A stretch of 64,000 nt of DNA from Campylobacterales bacterium (GCA_024278835.1 JAJRSK010000064.1:19101-83100), one strand, 5' to 3'; numbered from the stretch's first letter, positions 18,843 through 27,689 are shown. Translations and numbers: made by a program. The notes: a model not told the origin generated them from the sequence alone.

Positions 18843-20183
18843 CTATTGTATCATCCACGCCTTAAACTTCTTGCCTTTTATCTTTTCATTTTTTAGTAAG
18901 TCAAGTGCGCGTTTTGCCACACCTTTCTCTACGGCGACATAAGTATAAAAAGGAAAACTATCAATCTTCCCGATGGCTGCAGCCTCTATCGTTTTCTTTG
19001 CTGTGAGTGCCCCGAGGATATCCCCTGCGCGAAGTTTGTTCTTTTTGCCACCATGGATGCAGATAGTTTTCATCTTGGAAGCTATCATGATAGAGGTATC
19101 AACATCCAAGTCTCGTACAGCAATCGAAGTGGTATTTGCTATCTTTTGGTGGGTCAATGAGAGGGCTTTTCCACTCTTTCCTGCCCGTCCTGTTCGTCCG
19201 ATACGATGGGTGTAAGTCTCATCATTTCTAGGCAAGTCATAGTTTACGACGATATCCACATCAGGGATATCTAATCCTCTAGCTGCAACATCAGTAGCTA
19301 CCAAAATAGCACAAGATTTATTGGCAAATTGCAAAAGTGTCTCATCCCTATCCACTTGCTCTAAATCTCCATGCAGTCCCAACGCCGAAAACCCAGCCGC
19401 TTGTAAATCCGCCGCCACATCATCCACATCTAACTTCATGTTACAAAAGACGATAGCAGAAGCGGGGTTGTGGTACTGAAGCACCTTGATAAAACTCTCA
19501 AACTTATAGCCCTTCTCTACTTCATAATAAATCTCTTCTATGTTGGAGCTATCATGATAGGTATCGACCTTGACCTCTTGGGCCTCATGGGTAACAGAGT
19601 GACAGAGTGCTTTGATATCGTCTGTGAAGGTTGCTGAAAAGAGCAGTGTTTGACGCTTTTTAGGTGTATCTGCAAGTATCTTGTCTATCTCCTCAGAAAA
19701 CCCCATATCGAGCATTCTATCCGCTTCATCAAGCACGACGGTATGGATATGACGAAGCTCAAGTGTGGACTTTGAGAGGTGATCACGAATCCGCCCAGGT
19801 GTGCCTACGACGATATGCGCACCATGTTCTAGTGAGTTGATTTGATGGCGCATCGGTGTACCACCATAGAGGGTAAGTATCTTGATGTTATGTTTGAAAC
19901 GGGCGAGTTTTCGTAGCTCTTTGGCAACTTGTTCTGCTAATTCACGCGTTGGGGCGATGATGAGTGCTTGGGGGTGAAACTTGGAGATATTTATCTTTAG
20001 GAGTAGCCCTATCCCAAACGCTGCTGTTTTACCTGAACCCGTCTTGGCTTGGGCGATGATATCTTTTCCCTCTAGGATAAAAGGAAGGGCTTTTTCTTGG
20101 ATGGCGGTCATATCATGATAGCCGAGTTGTTCTAGGTTGGATAGCATCTCATCAGGGAGTGGAAGTGTGTTAAATGGGGGCAT
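18843..20183 (-). CDS. dbpA: DEAD-box ATP-dependent RNA helicase, DbpA-like
   Basis: Q-motif, AQAKTGSGKTAAF, PTRELA, DEAD (VLDEADRM), SAT and HRIGRTGRAG motifs. The C-terminal DbpA-type RNA-binding domain carries IHGGKKNKLRAGDILGAL. Confidence 0.85.
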   Translation of the reverse strand: MPPFNTLPLPDEMLSNLEQLGYHDMTAIQEKALPFILEGKDIIAQAKTGSGKTAAFGIGLLLKINISKFHPQALIIAPTRELAEQVAKELRKLARFKHNIKILTLYGGTPMRHQINSLEHGAHIVVGTPGRIRDHLSKSTLELRHIHTVVLDEADRMLDMGFSEEIDKILADTPKKRQTLLFSATFTDDIKALCHSVTHEAQEVKVDTYHDSSNIEEIYYEVEKGYKFESFIKVLQYHNPASAIVFCNMKLDVDDVAADLQAAGFSALGLHGDLEQVDRDETLLQFANKSCAILVATDVAARGLDIPDVDIVVNYDLPRNDETYTHRIGRTGRAGKSGKALSLTHQKIANTTSIAVRDLDVDTSIMIASKMKTICIHGGKKNKLRAGDILGALTAKKTIEAAAIGKIDSFPFYTYVAVEKGVAKRALDLLKNEKIKGKKFKAWMIQ

Positions 20184-20216
20184 GGTGTCTCGCTTTTTGT
20201 TTGCATATTACTCCAG

Positions 20217-20468
20217 CAAGTAAATAGATTAAATTTTGATGCTGTGATTTTACTCATAGACAAGGCAGATTTTCGTAGGACTAGCTGTAGCTAATTCTAA
20301 AAAATCTAACGAAGTTCTATGGGTAAAAGCACGGCACTCTTCGAGGAGAATAAGAAGAGGCAATCTGCAAGTAGACAAATATTTGAATTCCCTACGGGGA
20401 GTCCTTCATATTTGTCTACTCACATCTCACCTCTTCTTATTCTCTCAAAAATTAATCTATTTACTTGA
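20217..20468 (+). ncRNA. candidate structured ncRNA of unidentified family: a closing stem plus two long hairpins
   Basis: A 23-bp closing stem (20217-20239 with 20446-20468, one mismatch). Hairpin A (20242-20261 with 20315-20335) has two U-G wobbles that are valid only on the + strand, and contains an inner hairpin (20267-20307). Hairpin B pairs 20346-20360 with 20430-20444 (15 bp perfect) and 20371-20382 with 20408-20419 (12 bp perfect), and is capped by a C(UACG)G tetraloop at 20392-20397. Confidence 0.45.
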
Positions 20469-20497
20469 TGGGGTAATTAATCATAGCAAAAATTGGT

Positions 20498-20503
20498 TAT
20501 AAT
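20498..20503 (+). promoter_or_regulatory. candidate -10 box (TATAAT) for the methyltransferase/endonuclease operon
   Basis: A perfect TATAAT lies about 110 nt upstream of the ATG at 20614. No other evidence. Confidence 0.25.
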
Positions 20504-20613
20504 CGCGAATATAAAGCAATAGAAAAGTAAAAACATTTCAAAATGAAATAAAATTTTACTTTCAGTTGTCATTTTGTCATAATTCTTTCTATATTAGAAC
20601 ATGAGGAGAGAAG

Positions 20614-21924
20614 ATGACAGCAGCAAATCTTTTTTATAACACAGGAGTGGAAAAATCTTTGAATCAGCAGATGAGTAGTCGGATAAAAACTTTAAAAACT
20701 GTAGAGTTATTTGCAGGTGTGGGTGGATTTCGTATAGGGTTAGAGCGTGCAAGTCAAGGTGAAAAAGGATTTGATATTGCTTGGAGTAATCAGTGGGAAC
20801 CCTCCACAAAAACGCAACATGCTTCTGATATCTATGTCGCACGGTTTGGATTTGAGAATCACTGTAATGAAGATATCGCTAAAGTAAATGCCGAGGATAT
20901 TCCTCATCATGATTTTCTTGTTGGTGGTTTTCCTTGTCAGGATTATTCCGTAGCAAGCACACTGAAAAATTCTCATGGTATAGTCGGTAAAAAGGGGGTG
21001 CTCTGGTGGGAGATTTATCGTATATTGGTCGATAAAAAAGAGCATGCACCAAAGTATCTCTTGCTGGAGAATGTAGATAGACTTTTAAAATCTCCTGCCA
21101 GTCAACGAGGACGGGATTTTGCCATCATACTCTCTTCTTTAAATGCACTTGGTTACGCTGTAGAGTGGCGTGTGATAGATGCAAGTCTGTATGGTATGCC
21201 TCAGCGACGAAAACGGGTATTTATCTTTGCCTACAAAAAAGGGACAAAGCTTTATAAGAAACTTGACAAATCAGAGCCACTAGACGTCTTTAATGCCTAT
21301 TCTCTCTTTGAAAAAACGTTTCCAACAAAAGAAGTGCAAAATGATGCTATCATGATAAAAGAATTGAGTGCTGATTTGGTAGATATCACAGAAAACTTCA
21401 ATAAAAAAACACCTAAACAAAATGCATTTTTAGATGCGGGGTATATGGTGGATGGTGTTTATTATAGCGTGAAGGTAGAAGCAGACTATCAAGGTAAGAG
21501 AGCAACACTAGGTGAGTTTTTACAAGATGAAAAAGAGATACCTAAGGAATTTTTTATCACTCCAGATGAACTAAAAAAATGGCAGTACCAAAAAGGTGCA
21601 AAGTCTATTCAGCGAGTCAATAAAACAACGGGGCATGAGTACACTTACTCAGAAGGAAAGATGGGTTTTCCTGATGCACTAGATAAGCCTTCAAGAACGA
21701 TTATCACTGGTGAGGGTGGGACGAGTGCTTCACGATTTAAGCATGTAGTCTGTGTCAATGGTAAATATCGTCGTCTAACACCAATTGAGTTGGAACGGTT
21801 AAATATGTTTCCTGATAACCATACAGCAGGTGTAACAGATAGCAAAAGAGCATTTTTGATGGGGAACGCTTTGGTTGTAGGGATAGTTGAGAAGTTGGGA
21901 AAGAGGTTATTGGATGAGGTATAA
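20614..21924 (+). CDS. DNA (cytosine-5)-methyltransferase (type II R-M modification subunit)
   Basis: Motif I ELFAGVGGF, motif IV GGFPCQDYS, motif VI ENV, motif VIII QRRKRVFI, motifs IX/X RRLTPIELERLNMFP and GNALVVG. An AGGAGA SD precedes the start. Confidence 0.9.
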   Translation: MTAANLFYNTGVEKSLNQQMSSRIKTLKTVELFAGVGGFRIGLERASQGEKGFDIAWSNQWEPSTKTQHASDIYVARFGFENHCNEDIAKVNAEDIPHHDFLVGGFPCQDYSVASTLKNSHGIVGKKGVLWWEIYRILVDKKEHAPKYLLLENVDRLLKSPASQRGRDFAIILSSLNALGYAVEWRVIDASLYGMPQRRKRVFIFAYKKGTKLYKKLDKSEPLDVFNAYSLFEKTFPTKEVQNDAIMIKELSADLVDITENFNKKTPKQNAFLDAGYMVDGVYYSVKVEADYQGKRATLGEFLQDEKEIPKEFFITPDELKKWQYQKGAKSIQRVNKTTGHEYTYSEGKMGFPDALDKPSRTIITGEGGTSASRFKHVVCVNGKYRRLTPIELERLNMFPDNHTAGVTDSKRAFLMGNALVVGIVEKLGKRLLDEV

Positions 21925-21926
21925 GT

Positions 21927-22574
21927 GTGCAAATAAAAACATTTTCTTATAGATATGCTGAGGAAATTTTAGAACATCCTCACTATCATGATGTGTACAA
22001 TGAGATTTTAGAGGTTTGCAAAGCATGTCCATTGCCTGTGTACAAAGATAAATCTAAGTCACAACCACGCTTGGATATAGTTCAGCAGATTATAAACAGT
22101 TATTTTAAAATCGCTTTTGCAGACAAAGCGTGGGAAGAAGAACCACTTGTGACACCAGATAGTTTAGATGATTCACTTCGGGGAGATTTTCGAAAAAATT
22201 TTTCGAAAAATGGTCATGCCATTACTATTCAAATAGAAGTTGAGATGGGAAACATCGCAAGTTCTTATAGAAACTATTTTAAGTTTCAATTGTCGTATGC
22301 TTATAAGTTAGCAGATATAGCCATATTGATACTTCCTTGTGATAAATTAAGTAAAAGAATAGATAGTGGTGTGGCATCATATGAAAAAACAGTTAGAGAG
22401 ATACCTTCAGCAGATTTGTCGATTACTGTACCTATCTTAGTTATAGGCTTAGATGACGATGGGGTAGAGGAGATAGATATTAAGACTGTAGAAGAAGATT
22501 TAGAAGTTGTTAAAGGGCAAAAAAATAGATATAAAGAGGCTCATATAAAATTAGTGAGAGATTTATTATCATGA
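21927..22574 (+). CDS. type II restriction endonuclease, BamHI/BglII-like fold
   Basis: A GTG start 2 nt after the methyltransferase stop. The segment ITIQIEVEMGNIASSYRNYFKF...ILILPCDKLSKRIDSGVASYEKTV...VPILVIGLD parallels my recollection of the BamHI catalytic and C-terminal region. This is from memory, not from an alignment. Confidence 0.55.
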   Translation: MQIKTFSYRYAEEILEHPHYHDVYNEILEVCKACPLPVYKDKSKSQPRLDIVQQIINSYFKIAFADKAWEEEPLVTPDSLDDSLRGDFRKNFSKNGHAITIQIEVEMGNIASSYRNYFKFQLSYAYKLADIAILILPCDKLSKRIDSGVASYEKTVREIPSADLSITVPILVIGLDDDGVEEIDIKTVEEDLEVVKGQKNRYKEAHIKLVRDLLS

Positions 22575-22590
22575 TACCTAAGGAACCCGT

Positions 22591-23232
22591 GTGCTTTTTG
22601 GCAAGATAGACTACATCAACCTTCTCCCTTTTTATACTTTTGCCAAACAAAAGATGAAATCCTCTCAACTCAAACAATCCATCGCCTACAAAAAGGACTT
22701 TCCTTCTGCGATAAATGCCAAGTTCAAAAGACGCAAGATTGACGCGGCTTTTATCTCTAGTGTGGAGAGTAAACGGGGGAATTTTCACTGTTTGGATGTA
22801 GGTATCGTGGCAAAACGAGAGATAAAAAGTGTTTTGCTTAGGGTTGGAGAGTTCACGCCAGATAGCCACTCTGCGACTTCCAATGCCCTTGCGAAACTCT
22901 TAGGTTTGGAGGGTGAAGTTATCATCGGAGATAAAGCACTAAGGGCGTATCTCAAAGACCCATCTCTTTACCTTGACTTGGCTAAAGTCTGGTATGAGAA
23001 ACACCATCTTCCCTTTGTCTTTGCCCGTCTTTGTGTGCATGAAAACCATCGATACTATAAAAAACTCTCAAAAAACTTCATCAAAACAAGGGTGAAAATC
23101 CCCCAATATATCCTTAAAAAGTATGCACTTTCTAGAGCCATATCGGTAGCCGATATCAACGATTATCTGGAGTTGGTGAGTTATGAGATAGATACAAAAG
23201 CAAAAAGAAGTTTAAAGAAGTTTTTACGCTAA
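22591..23232 (+). CDS. mqnA: chorismate dehydratase (futalosine-pathway menaquinone biosynthesis), MqnA-like
   Basis: The N-terminal FGKIDYINLLPFY is typical of MqnA/MqnD-family periplasmic-binding-fold enzymes. GTG start. Confidence 0.6.
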   Translation: MLFGKIDYINLLPFYTFAKQKMKSSQLKQSIAYKKDFPSAINAKFKRRKIDAAFISSVESKRGNFHCLDVGIVAKREIKSVLLRVGEFTPDSHSATSNALAKLLGLEGEVIIGDKALRAYLKDPSLYLDLAKVWYEKHHLPFVFARLCVHENHRYYKKLSKNFIKTRVKIPQYILKKYALSRAISVADINDYLELVSYEIDTKAKRSLKKFLR

Positions 23233-23286
23233 TAGTAATTTTAGTATAATCTTTTTAGAAATTTCCCATACTTTGAAAGGTTGCCT

Positions 23287-24189
23287 ATGCTTACCAATGA
23301 AATAGTCGAGTTTGAAAATGTCCGTGCTAAAGTGCGTGCATATATGTGCCTGTTGCTAAATAGAAGCATACCCAACTACCTGCCTGAGCCTAGTTTAGAT
23401 GTCATCATCAAAAGCCTAAAGAGCATTAAAAAAGAGAGTATCAACATAGAAGCGCTTTATGTCCTAGATGGAAAAGGTGTGCAAGTCATCGATACGATTT
23501 CAAATAATCCAGCATTTAGAAGAGGAAAGGGTGATAATCAAAGTGTGAGAGCTTACTACCACAAGGCAGCACGCAGTAAAAAGTGCGTCATGACCAATCC
23601 CTACCCGTCGCTTTTGACCAACGATTTGACAGTAACGGCTTCTTATCCAGTCTATGATGCCAATAAAAAATTGACTTATGTCGTGTGTATCGATATATCT
23701 TTGCATGATATCCTCAAGTTCGCACACCCGACCACATTTGATACGGTTTTTAATTGGGTGACTATGGGAACATATGTCATATTTTCAGGGGCTTTGGCAA
23801 TCGTCTCTTTTTTACTCTTTTTTCATGGTATGCAAACTATCGCATCCTTTGGGCTGTCGATAGAAAAACTAGAGATAAAGCAGATGTTTGAAGCGACGAT
23901 ACTTTTAACCTTGGCTTTGGCGATATTTGATTTGGTCAAAACCATCTTCGAAGAAGAAGTGTTACATCATCGTGATAACAAACAAAAAGATATCCATCGT
24001 ACGATGATAAAGTTTTTGGGTTCTATCATCATCGCTCTTGCTATTGAAGCCCTGATGCTTGTCTTTAAGTTTGCCTTGATGGGACCTGAAAAGATTATCT
24101 ATGCTGTTTATCTACTGGGTGGGATAGCGTTATTGTTGTTTGGGTTGGCATTTTATCTTAAATCCACAGAAAATAGAAAAGAGGATTAG
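23287..24189 (+). CDS. membrane protein with an N-terminal PDC/Cache-like sensor domain and four C-terminal TM helices
   Basis: YVLDGKGVQVIDT...RAYYHKA...TNPYPSLLTNDLTVTASYPVY is Cache-like. The C-terminal half is hydrophobic. I prefer the ATG at 23287 (AAAGG SD) over the TTG at 23281. Confidence 0.5.
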   Translation: MLTNEIVEFENVRAKVRAYMCLLLNRSIPNYLPEPSLDVIIKSLKSIKKESINIEALYVLDGKGVQVIDTISNNPAFRRGKGDNQSVRAYYHKAARSKKCVMTNPYPSLLTNDLTVTASYPVYDANKKLTYVVCIDISLHDILKFAHPTTFDTVFNWVTMGTYVIFSGALAIVSFLLFFHGMQTIASFGLSIEKLEIKQMFEATILLTLALAIFDLVKTIFEEEVLHHRDNKQKDIHRTMIKFLGSIIIALAIEALMLVFKFALMGPEKIIYAVYLLGGIALLLFGLAFYLKSTENRKED

Positions 24190-24195
24190 TCTATC

Positions 24196-24375
24196 ATGAT
24201 AGAGCATTTTTTTACTTGCCCCTACTGCTGGGAGACTATCTCCATGTTATTGGATCCTGATATGAGTGAGGAGACTTATGTAGAGGATTGTCAAGTCTGT
24301 TGCAATCCTATCGAGATAAGTTTTATCATGATAGAAGGCAACCTACGTTCATTTCAAGCACTAAAGTTACAATAA
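24196..24375 (+). CDS. CPXCG-type cysteine-rich zinc-ribbon small protein (59 aa), absent from the ORF track
   Basis: MIEHFFTCPYCWETISMLLDPDMSEETYVEDCQVCCNPIEISF... carries the CPxC...CxxCC pattern of the CPXCG family. The ATG lies inside a palindrome copy. Confidence 0.6.
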   Translation: MIEHFFTCPYCWETISMLLDPDMSEETYVEDCQVCCNPIEISFIMIEGNLRSFQALKLQ

Positions 24376-25086
24376 TTAATCATCTAGATAATAAGAGACA
24401 TTGGTCACAACCCTCACCTTTTTGATATAAGGGGTGCTAGGATCTCTATCATTGATCGAGAAGTATCCCTGACTGGCATGCTTGATTTTGCCTAGTTTTG
24501 AGTGGGAGTCTTTGGCAAATTTACTAGCGGCTGCGCGAGCATTTTTTGTGGCTACTTCTATCATCTGTGGTTTTATCTTGTTAAGTCCTGTGAAGATATA
24601 ACGGGTTTCGTACTGGTCATTTCGCGCAAAGACACCTTGTTCTGTTAAGAGATAAAGTTCACGTTGTAGTTTCACAACAGTATCTACTTTTTTAGAATAT
24701 ACTGTGATGAGTGAGTCTGCAGAAAATCGTACTTTTGGATTGTAGTTATTGTAATTTTGTGAGAGGCGGTCGTTAAACTGTGGCGGTGCTATCGTAATCT
24801 CAGTATTGTCAAAACCCAAGGCGTGCAAAAACTCCATGATTTTTGCCAAGTCAATTTTTAAATTTTGACCAAGTGCATCCATGGTAGGAGCGACATTTTG
24901 AAAGCGGATAGGAAATATAGCCGTGTCTGCTTTGACATTTTTTTGTGCCAAGCCTTTTACCGCGACGCTTCTCTCCATGCTTTTGACTTTGAGTACAGCT
25001 TCAGATATAAAAAAACTCATTCCTATCAATCCTGCGGCGATTAGTACGCCTAGGACAAAAGAACTACTTACACTTCTCTCTCCCAT
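24376..25086 (-). CDS. SIMPL domain-containing protein (DUF541/YggE-like periplasmic protein)
   Basis: N-terminal anchor, then ERSVAVKGLAQKNVKADTAIFPIRF and a C-terminal VRVVTNVSYYL, following the SIMPL pattern. Confidence 0.55.
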   Translation of the reverse strand: MGERSVSSSFVLGVLIAAGLIGMSFFISEAVLKVKSMERSVAVKGLAQKNVKADTAIFPIRFQNVAPTMDALGQNLKIDLAKIMEFLHALGFDNTEITIAPPQFNDRLSQNYNNYNPKVRFSADSLITVYSKKVDTVVKLQRELYLLTEQGVFARNDQYETRYIFTGLNKIKPQMIEVATKNARAAASKFAKDSHSKLGKIKHASQGYFSINDRDPSTPYIKKVRVVTNVSYYLDD

Positions 25087-25131
25087 GACGGCTCCTTGAA
25101 GTTTCGTTGTTATTATAGCATTTTTATAAGG

Positions 25132-25620
25132 TTATCGTTTGCATTTTCTGTCTAGTTGTTTTCTGACAGAGTTAATCCAGCACCAATTTATAGTGATATA
25201 GGCTATTGTAGAGACGATGATAGAGTAGGGAATCGTGCCAACATAAAGCGGCAGTATGATGCAGTCCCAATGTGATTGAAACCATTCAAGGGTGAGTTCT
25301 ATATCAGGAAGAGGGGGATTGTCCAAGAGAAAATTCCCCGTTTGATACTCCATATAGTACATAAATGGCATGGTAAAAGGATTGCTTAGCCAGACCATGG
25401 AGATAGCGATAGGGACGTTAAACTTAGTAAATGGGGTGAGCGCAAGGACAGCGAGCATTTGAAAAGGCATCGGGATAAAGCCTATCAAAAGACCCCAAAA
25501 AACAGCTCTAGAGACAGATTTTCTGTTTATAGAGAGGTATTCTTTTGGAAGTTTATATTTTTTGATAAATTGATCTAGTTTGCTACCATCTTGTGGCTTT
25601 TTAAACATTTTTCTTATCAT
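25132..25620 (-). CDS. DUF2062 domain-containing membrane protein
   Basis: SVSRAVFWGLLIGFIPMPFQMLAVLALTPFTKFNVPIAISMVWLSNPFTMPFMYY matches the DUF2062 pattern. Confidence 0.6.
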   Translation of the reverse strand: MIRKMFKKPQDGSKLDQFIKKYKLPKEYLSINRKSVSRAVFWGLLIGFIPMPFQMLAVLALTPFTKFNVPIAISMVWLSNPFTMPFMYYMEYQTGNFLLDNPPLPDIELTLEWFQSHWDCIILPLYVGTIPYSIIVSTIAYITINWCWINSVRKQLDRKCKR

Positions 25621-25658
25621 GATAGTATTTTAGTCAATTTAACGTTTTTTATCAAGTA

Positions 25659-26087
25659 TTATGAGATAAATCTTTCAATCCAAGCCAAAAGTTGTGTTTC
25701 TGGTAACGCACCACTCACCCTATCGACCTCTTTGCCATCTTTAAAGGCAACAAGTGTCGGGATACTTCTGATGCTATATTGTTGTCCCAAGTCACCCGCC
25801 TCTTCGGTATTGACTTTCAAGAGTCTAGCTTTAAGTGGTAGTTTCGCTGCTACGGCTTCAAATGTTGGTGCCATCATCTTGCAAGGGCCACACCACTGGG
25901 CCCAAAAGTCTACGATAACTGGTATGTCATTGCTCTGTACATGGCGAGAGAAAGCGATACTGGTGACATTTTGAGGTGTAGTATCTAGGAGGGACTTTTT
26001 ACAGTTTCCACAATTTGCTTTTTTGTAAGATTCTTTTTTTGGGATGCGATTGACTTGTAGACAGTGAGGACAAACGACGTTTATCAT
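25659..26087 (-). CDS. trxC: thioredoxin 2 (TrxC-type, with an N-terminal zinc finger)
   Basis: N-terminal CPHC...CGNC zinc-binding pairs and the WCGPC active site. Confidence 0.85.
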   Translation of the reverse strand: MINVVCPHCLQVNRIPKKESYKKANCGNCKKSLLDTTPQNVTSIAFSRHVQSNDIPVIVDFWAQWCGPCKMMAPTFEAVAAKLPLKARLLKVNTEEAGDLGQQYSIRSIPTLVAFKDGKEVDRVSGALPETQLLAWIERFIS

Positions 26088-26100
26088 GATGAAACTCCTA

Positions 26101-26131
26101 TGCTAGAATTTATAGTTTCCAAATTCTAGCA
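26101..26131. terminator. perfect 11-bp inverted repeat (TGCTAGAATTT-N9-AAATTCTAGCA) between the lipoprotein gene stop and the trxC start
   Basis: Read directly from the sequence. There is no clear U-tract, so it may be a terminator, an attenuator or an operator. Confidence 0.35.
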
Positions 26132-26148
26132 TAAGAAGGGTAAATAGG

Positions 26149-27687
26149 TTATTTGAAATAGTCAGATGCAGCTCTAAAACCAATTCTTGTTGAATCACCC
26201 CAAGAGATACCAAATCTTATATCTTCACCATCATTACGTATGATTGCTAAAGCATAAGGCTCATTGGCTCCAGTTTGACCACTCGTAGCAGAACCTGCAA
26301 TAGCACCTTCATCTGCAGGAGGGCTTAGCAGTGTTCCTGTCCACGAAGCTGGTTTTACGAAACCATCAAGTTTGACCAATGTTTTTGAGAACTCATGGGT
26401 ACTATTTTTAAGGTCATAAACAGAAGTGGTATAAGTCTCCTCTACCTGACCATCAACATAAAGGATGCCATTTGTCACACTTTCATTATTGGCATTCATA
26501 AGTTTGAGTACATGGAGGTACTGTTTCATCTGAGGTAGATTAGTCGCCCAGCCACCTTCCACTTGAGAATTATCTAAAATCGCCGCTGCTTCAAACCCAT
26601 AGATACCTTTATAGACGGGATTTATGTTGTTAAAGATAGCTTGATTGAGTGCTATACCTGATGAATTGGCTGTTGTAAAACCAACGGCAGTCTCGTCATT
26701 TAAAACACTAAAGTGAGTATTGACAAATGCTCCAAAGTCATTGATATCTAAAACAACTGGTATATCTGTGTTTCTTGCTTCATATTGTGTCATCCAGAAA
26801 CCACCTTCATCATCGATAGCAGGGATATAGGTATATCCTTTTTCAATCATTTTTTTGCCTTCTGGTGTCTCATAAATCCAAGGGTAAAAACTTTTTTGAT
26901 CGAGTGGGTCTGTTCCTTTTTGTGTTTCTGTGATATTTGGACGCTTATCATAGTCACTATCATTGGTAGGATCAAGTGCATCTATGGTGTTTTCAAACTT
27001 GCCTTGGTGGATATTGGCTGCTGTTTTACCATCAAAATCAGCGATAGAAATTGGTGTTGTCACATCAAGTGTACGGTTTTTGATAGGCGTACCATTGGCT
27101 GAAACTACTTTACCATCACTAGCGATATCACTCTCATACGTTCCTAGTACCTCGATACCATCTGTCACGCCATCACCATCGGTATCGGCAAAGTCTGCTT
27201 GTGGTTTGGTGCCGATTTGTATTTCTAGTCCATCATTGAGTCCATCGCCATCTGTATCTGGCTTGAGTGGATCTGTACTGATTTCAACTTCTTTTCCATC
27301 TTCTAGACCATCACCATCTGTATCTTTTACAAGTGGGTTTGTTTTATAGTCAAACACTTCACCCTTTTCATTGTCTGTACCACCATCGATAAGACCATCA
27401 CCGTCTGTGTCTCTTTTAAGTGGATCAGTTTTTGTTGTGTTTACTTCAGCACCATCATTGAGTCCATCACCATCTGTATCTGGATTTTTAGGGTCGGTAC
27501 CTATCTCTCTCTCTTGATCGTCAGTTAGACCATCACCATCACTATCATCACCTGTTGGTGTTAAGCCATCTGTACTTAAACCGCTTATACCTGGGAAATT
27601 CGTTCTATCATCCAAACAACCAGTTGTGGCTGTTAGTAAATAGGTGCACGCTAGTAGTGATATTAAACTTTTTTGTAATATTTTCAT
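26149..27687 (-). CDS. lipoprotein with thrombospondin type-3 (calcium-binding DxDxDGxxDxxE) repeats and a roughly 300-aa C-terminal domain of unknown function
   Basis: Lipobox LTATTGC. At least 7 repeats such as DSDGDGLTDDQE, DTDGDGLNDGAE, DTDGDGLIDG and DTDGDGLEDGKE. Confidence 0.65.
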   Translation of the reverse strand: MKILQKSLISLLACTYLLTATTGCLDDRTNFPGISGLSTDGLTPTGDDSDGDGLTDDQEREIGTDPKNPDTDGDGLNDGAEVNTTKTDPLKRDTDGDGLIDGGTDNEKGEVFDYKTNPLVKDTDGDGLEDGKEVEISTDPLKPDTDGDGLNDGLEIQIGTKPQADFADTDGDGVTDGIEVLGTYESDIASDGKVVSANGTPIKNRTLDVTTPISIADFDGKTAANIHQGKFENTIDALDPTNDSDYDKRPNITETQKGTDPLDQKSFYPWIYETPEGKKMIEKGYTYIPAIDDEGGFWMTQYEARNTDIPVVLDINDFGAFVNTHFSVLNDETAVGFTTANSSGIALNQAIFNNINPVYKGIYGFEAAAILDNSQVEGGWATNLPQMKQYLHVLKLMNANNESVTNGILYVDGQVEETYTTSVYDLKNSTHEFSKTLVKLDGFVKPASWTGTLLSPPADEGAIAGSATSGQTGANEPYALAIIRNDGEDIRFGISWGDSTRIGFRAASDYFK

Positions 27688-27689
27688 GA

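Noticed and set aside
20217-20468. A retron msr-msd interpretation of the structured element (terminal inverted repeats with internal hairpins).
   Set aside because: No reverse transcriptase ORF is adjacent on either side. The neighbours are dbpA and a C5 methyltransferase. The element is kept as an unassigned ncRNA or MITE candidate instead.
26785-27349. Antisense ORFs inside the TSP3 lipoprotein gene. The same applies to many other 60-130-aa ORFs nested antisense in longer genes, for example 32030-32748, 12583-12933, 13661-14302, 16083-16723, 50175-51245 and 33297-33887.
   Set aside because: All are fully contained within longer ORFs that carry clear family motifs. They lack SD sequences, and their translations are low-complexity.
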